Of a stretch of 64,000 nt of DNA, positions 62,362-64,000 are shown piece by piece. The translations under genes were made by a program, and so were the position numbers. The notes below the pieces were generated by a model. It worked only from the letters and a program-made list of their open reading frames with translations. It did no database searches and had not been told where the DNA came from. The stretch is from an uncultured Pseudomonadales bacterium (GTDB taxonomy: Bacteria > Pseudomonadota > Gammaproteobacteria > Pseudomonadales > Porticoccaceae). The stretch covers positions 5,433 through 69,432 of the forward strand of contig CALSSZ010000008.1 in the NCBI GenBank assembly GCA_943789145.1, in the 5' to 3' direction. Position 1 is the stretch's first letter. Every line of letters starts with the position of its first letter.

Positions 62362-63159
62362 GTGAGTAACGGTAGTTCAGATAAGGTATCACGCACAGTC
62401 TGGAATGCCGAAGATATCACCGAGGGGTCCGACCATGTGGCCACAGAGACAGCCGTGGCTATGGTCTATAACGGCATCTCCCATGTGGTGATGATGGCAA
62501 CACCAGATGATTTGGAAGATTTTGCATTGGGGTTTAGCCTCAGCGAAGGGATTTTAAGCTCCCCGAAACAGCTGCTTGATTGCGAAGCGATTGCAACCGA
62601 CAAAGGCATAGAGCTGGCATTAACCATCACCGCCGAGCCTTTTGCTGCATTAAAAGAACGCCGCCGCAATTTGGTAGGGCGCACCGGCTGTGGTCTCTGT
62701 GGTGCAGAGTCTTTAGAGCAAGCCATCACCGCCCCAAACAGTATTACTGCAGAGTTATCTATTAGCCATAAAGCCCTGCAGCGAGCCATAGCTGCATTAG
62801 GTGGTGAGCAACAGTTACAACAACAGACCGGTGCCGTGCATGGCGCGGCCTGGTGCAGCCCAGAAGGCGAGATACAGGTGCTACGGGAAGATATAGGCCG
62901 CCATAATGCCTTGGATAAATTGCTGGGTGCGATAAGCAGGCAAGAACAAGAAGCGGGCTTTGTGCTGGTGACCAGCAGAGCCAGCTATGAAATGGTCGCT
63001 AAAACCGCTAGCGCTAATATTCCATTATTGGCGGCAGTGTCGGCGCCCACATCCTTGGCCATAGAGTTGGCAGAACAGTCGGGGTTAACACTGGTTGGAT
63101 TTTCAAGAACAGGCCGGCATGTGATTTATACCAATGGCCATCGGCTTACAGAAGTTTAA
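62362..63159 (+). CDS. fdhD: formate dehydrogenase accessory sulfurtransferase
   Basis: GRTGCGLCG motif. GTG 62362 lies 5 nt after GGAG and just past the fdsA stop. ATG 62347 is an alternative start. Confidence 0.85.
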   Translation: MSNGSSDKVSRTVWNAEDITEGSDHVATETAVAMVYNGISHVVMMATPDDLEDFALGFSLSEGILSSPKQLLDCEAIATDKGIELALTITAEPFAALKERRRNLVGRTGCGLCGAESLEQAITAPNSITAELSISHKALQRAIAALGGEQQLQQQTGAVHGAAWCSPEGEIQVLREDIGRHNALDKLLGAISRQEQEAGFVLVTSRASYEMVAKTASANIPLLAAVSAPTSLAIELAEQSGLTLVGFSRTGRHVIYTNGHRLTEV

Positions 63160-63176
63160 AAGTAGAAGAGTACAAA

Positions 63177-63419
63177 ATGTCAGAATCCAAAATTGAACGC
63201 CTTGTTAGCATGATTAATCAGATAGCGCTGAATATGAGTGCTAATGGGGATGACCAAATGGTTGCTGATCAGGTTGCTCAGCATCTGGAGAAGTTTTGGT
63301 CGCCGCCGATGAAAAATCTAATTACCGAACAGCCATCAGATGCTGATCTGGGTCTTTCGCCTATCGCGCAGATTGCGGTTCAGAATCTGCTTGTTATGCA
63401 GGACGCTAAGCGAGTATAG
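63177..63419 (+). CDS. fdsD: formate dehydrogenase delta subunit
   Basis: 80 aa with MINQIALN...HLEKFWSPPM, as in the FdsD family. Last gene of the fds cluster. Confidence 0.75.
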   Translation: MSESKIERLVSMINQIALNMSANGDDQMVADQVAQHLEKFWSPPMKNLITEQPSDADLGLSPIAQIAVQNLLVMQDAKRV

Positions 63420-63745
63420 CCATTCATCCTCATTCCGTTTCGTCATATTGAGCAAGGCGAAATATCTCTTGCTACTAGGCTCCGCTCAGCATGTATTGTC
63501 GGTTGTATTTCGCAAAAAAACTGAAGTGTGATCCTATTTTTTTAGAAACTCTCAAATTCTTGTCTAATCTTATCTTTAGGATAAACCAGAACTATGGGTT
63601 TGGCAGTGGGATATAAATGATAGATGTGTTGTTTCGGTTTACCCTTTTTTTGGCGTCTGTTATTTATTCTAGTTACAAGCCGAAACTGTGCGGGCGGAAC
63701 GAAGATCAAATAATCAGTAACAAGATTAACCGTTCCACCACTAAA

Positions 63746-64000
63746 TTAGCCTTTTAGCAGCTCCGCAAACAAATCAATATCTTCAGCTGTTACACCTTTA
63801 TGGCATAAAAGTGCACTAGAAACTGAATCCTTAAATTGTTTATTTGTATCTTTCAGGGCAAGTGCAACTGGAGAATCCTTAATATTACTCAGATGCTCCA
63901 TCTGACCATTCTGCACATCCCGCAAACACAAACTCACATACCTTAACGTACTCTCCAAGGTACGAGTCTGCCAAAAAAATGCCGTGGCAGCTTGTTCAGA
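63746..64000 (-). CDS. 3' end of an unidentified gene (5' part outside window)
   Basis: Frame is open from the window edge (SEQAATAFFWQTRTLESTLRYV...LFAELLKG, stop at 63746). AT-rich. No family recognised. Confidence 0.4.
   Translation of the reverse strand, partial: SEQAATAFFWQTRTLESTLRYVSLCLRDVQNGQMEHLSNIKDSPVALALKDTNKQFKDSVSSALLCHKGVTAEDIDLFAELLKG

Noticed and set aside
1-64000. CRISPR arrays, rRNA operons, IS elements or transposases, prophage or integrase genes, and toxin-antitoxin pairs.
   Set aside because: I saw no regularly spaced direct repeats, and no translated ORF shows DDE/tyrosine-recombinase, Cas or TA-family motifs. The only tandem repeats found are the short coding repeats in fdsB and fdsA.

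Overview
This is a 64-kb chromosomal segment of a roughly 50% GC, marine-type gammaproteobacterium. The gene order resembles Pseudomonas/Cellvibrionales: topA...lexA, csiV-like-mfd next to a long gap gene, and Na+-NQR. Positions 1-35.7 kb are conserved housekeeping, and every gene there reads as a single frame. They comprise the topA 3' end, lexA with an SOS box overlapping its -10, a LOG-family gene, nagZ, an MscS-like channel, blc, csiV-like-mfd, a long GAPDH, gloB, the complete nqrABCDEF-apbE-nqrM operon, sthA, lolCDE, yadGH, queF, and a LysR regulator divergent from gcvT-gcvP (no gcvH). A tRNA-Ser(GGA) lies at 37.19 kb. After it the sequence looks more AT-rich by eye and the content becomes accessory. 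This part contains: (i) a four-gene operon of a small OM-barrel-like protein, a His-rich MerP-like HMA protein, a MerT-like CC-motif membrane protein and a CsoR-family repressor, preceded by a CsoR-type inverted repeat; (ii) a minus-strand operon of a dual-esterase lipoprotein, a small membrane protein, a PlsC-type acyltransferase and a secreted SDR; (iii) a tightly coupled operon of a compact BCCT-like transporter, a GMC flavoprotein, a 2-TM helical protein and a CBM9/DUF5916 protein; and (iv) a Sel1-repeat protein, an SDR, a MAPEG protein, an agmatinase-family enzyme and an amidohydrolase. The window ends with a glutathione-dependent formaldehyde-to-CO2 module (frmA-fghA-fdsGBA-fdhD-fdsD). 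The two most notable observations are the mer-like/CsoR operon and at least 11 frame disruptions confined to six genes in the second half (cyclase, CBM9/DUF5916, SDR, amidohydrolase, fdsB, fdsA). Most of these disruptions sit at short homopolymers, so they reflect either real slippage-driven gene decay or localized sequencing error. I saw no CRISPR array, rRNA, transposase or integrase. All calls rest on reading the translations and the DNA by eye; no database search was run.
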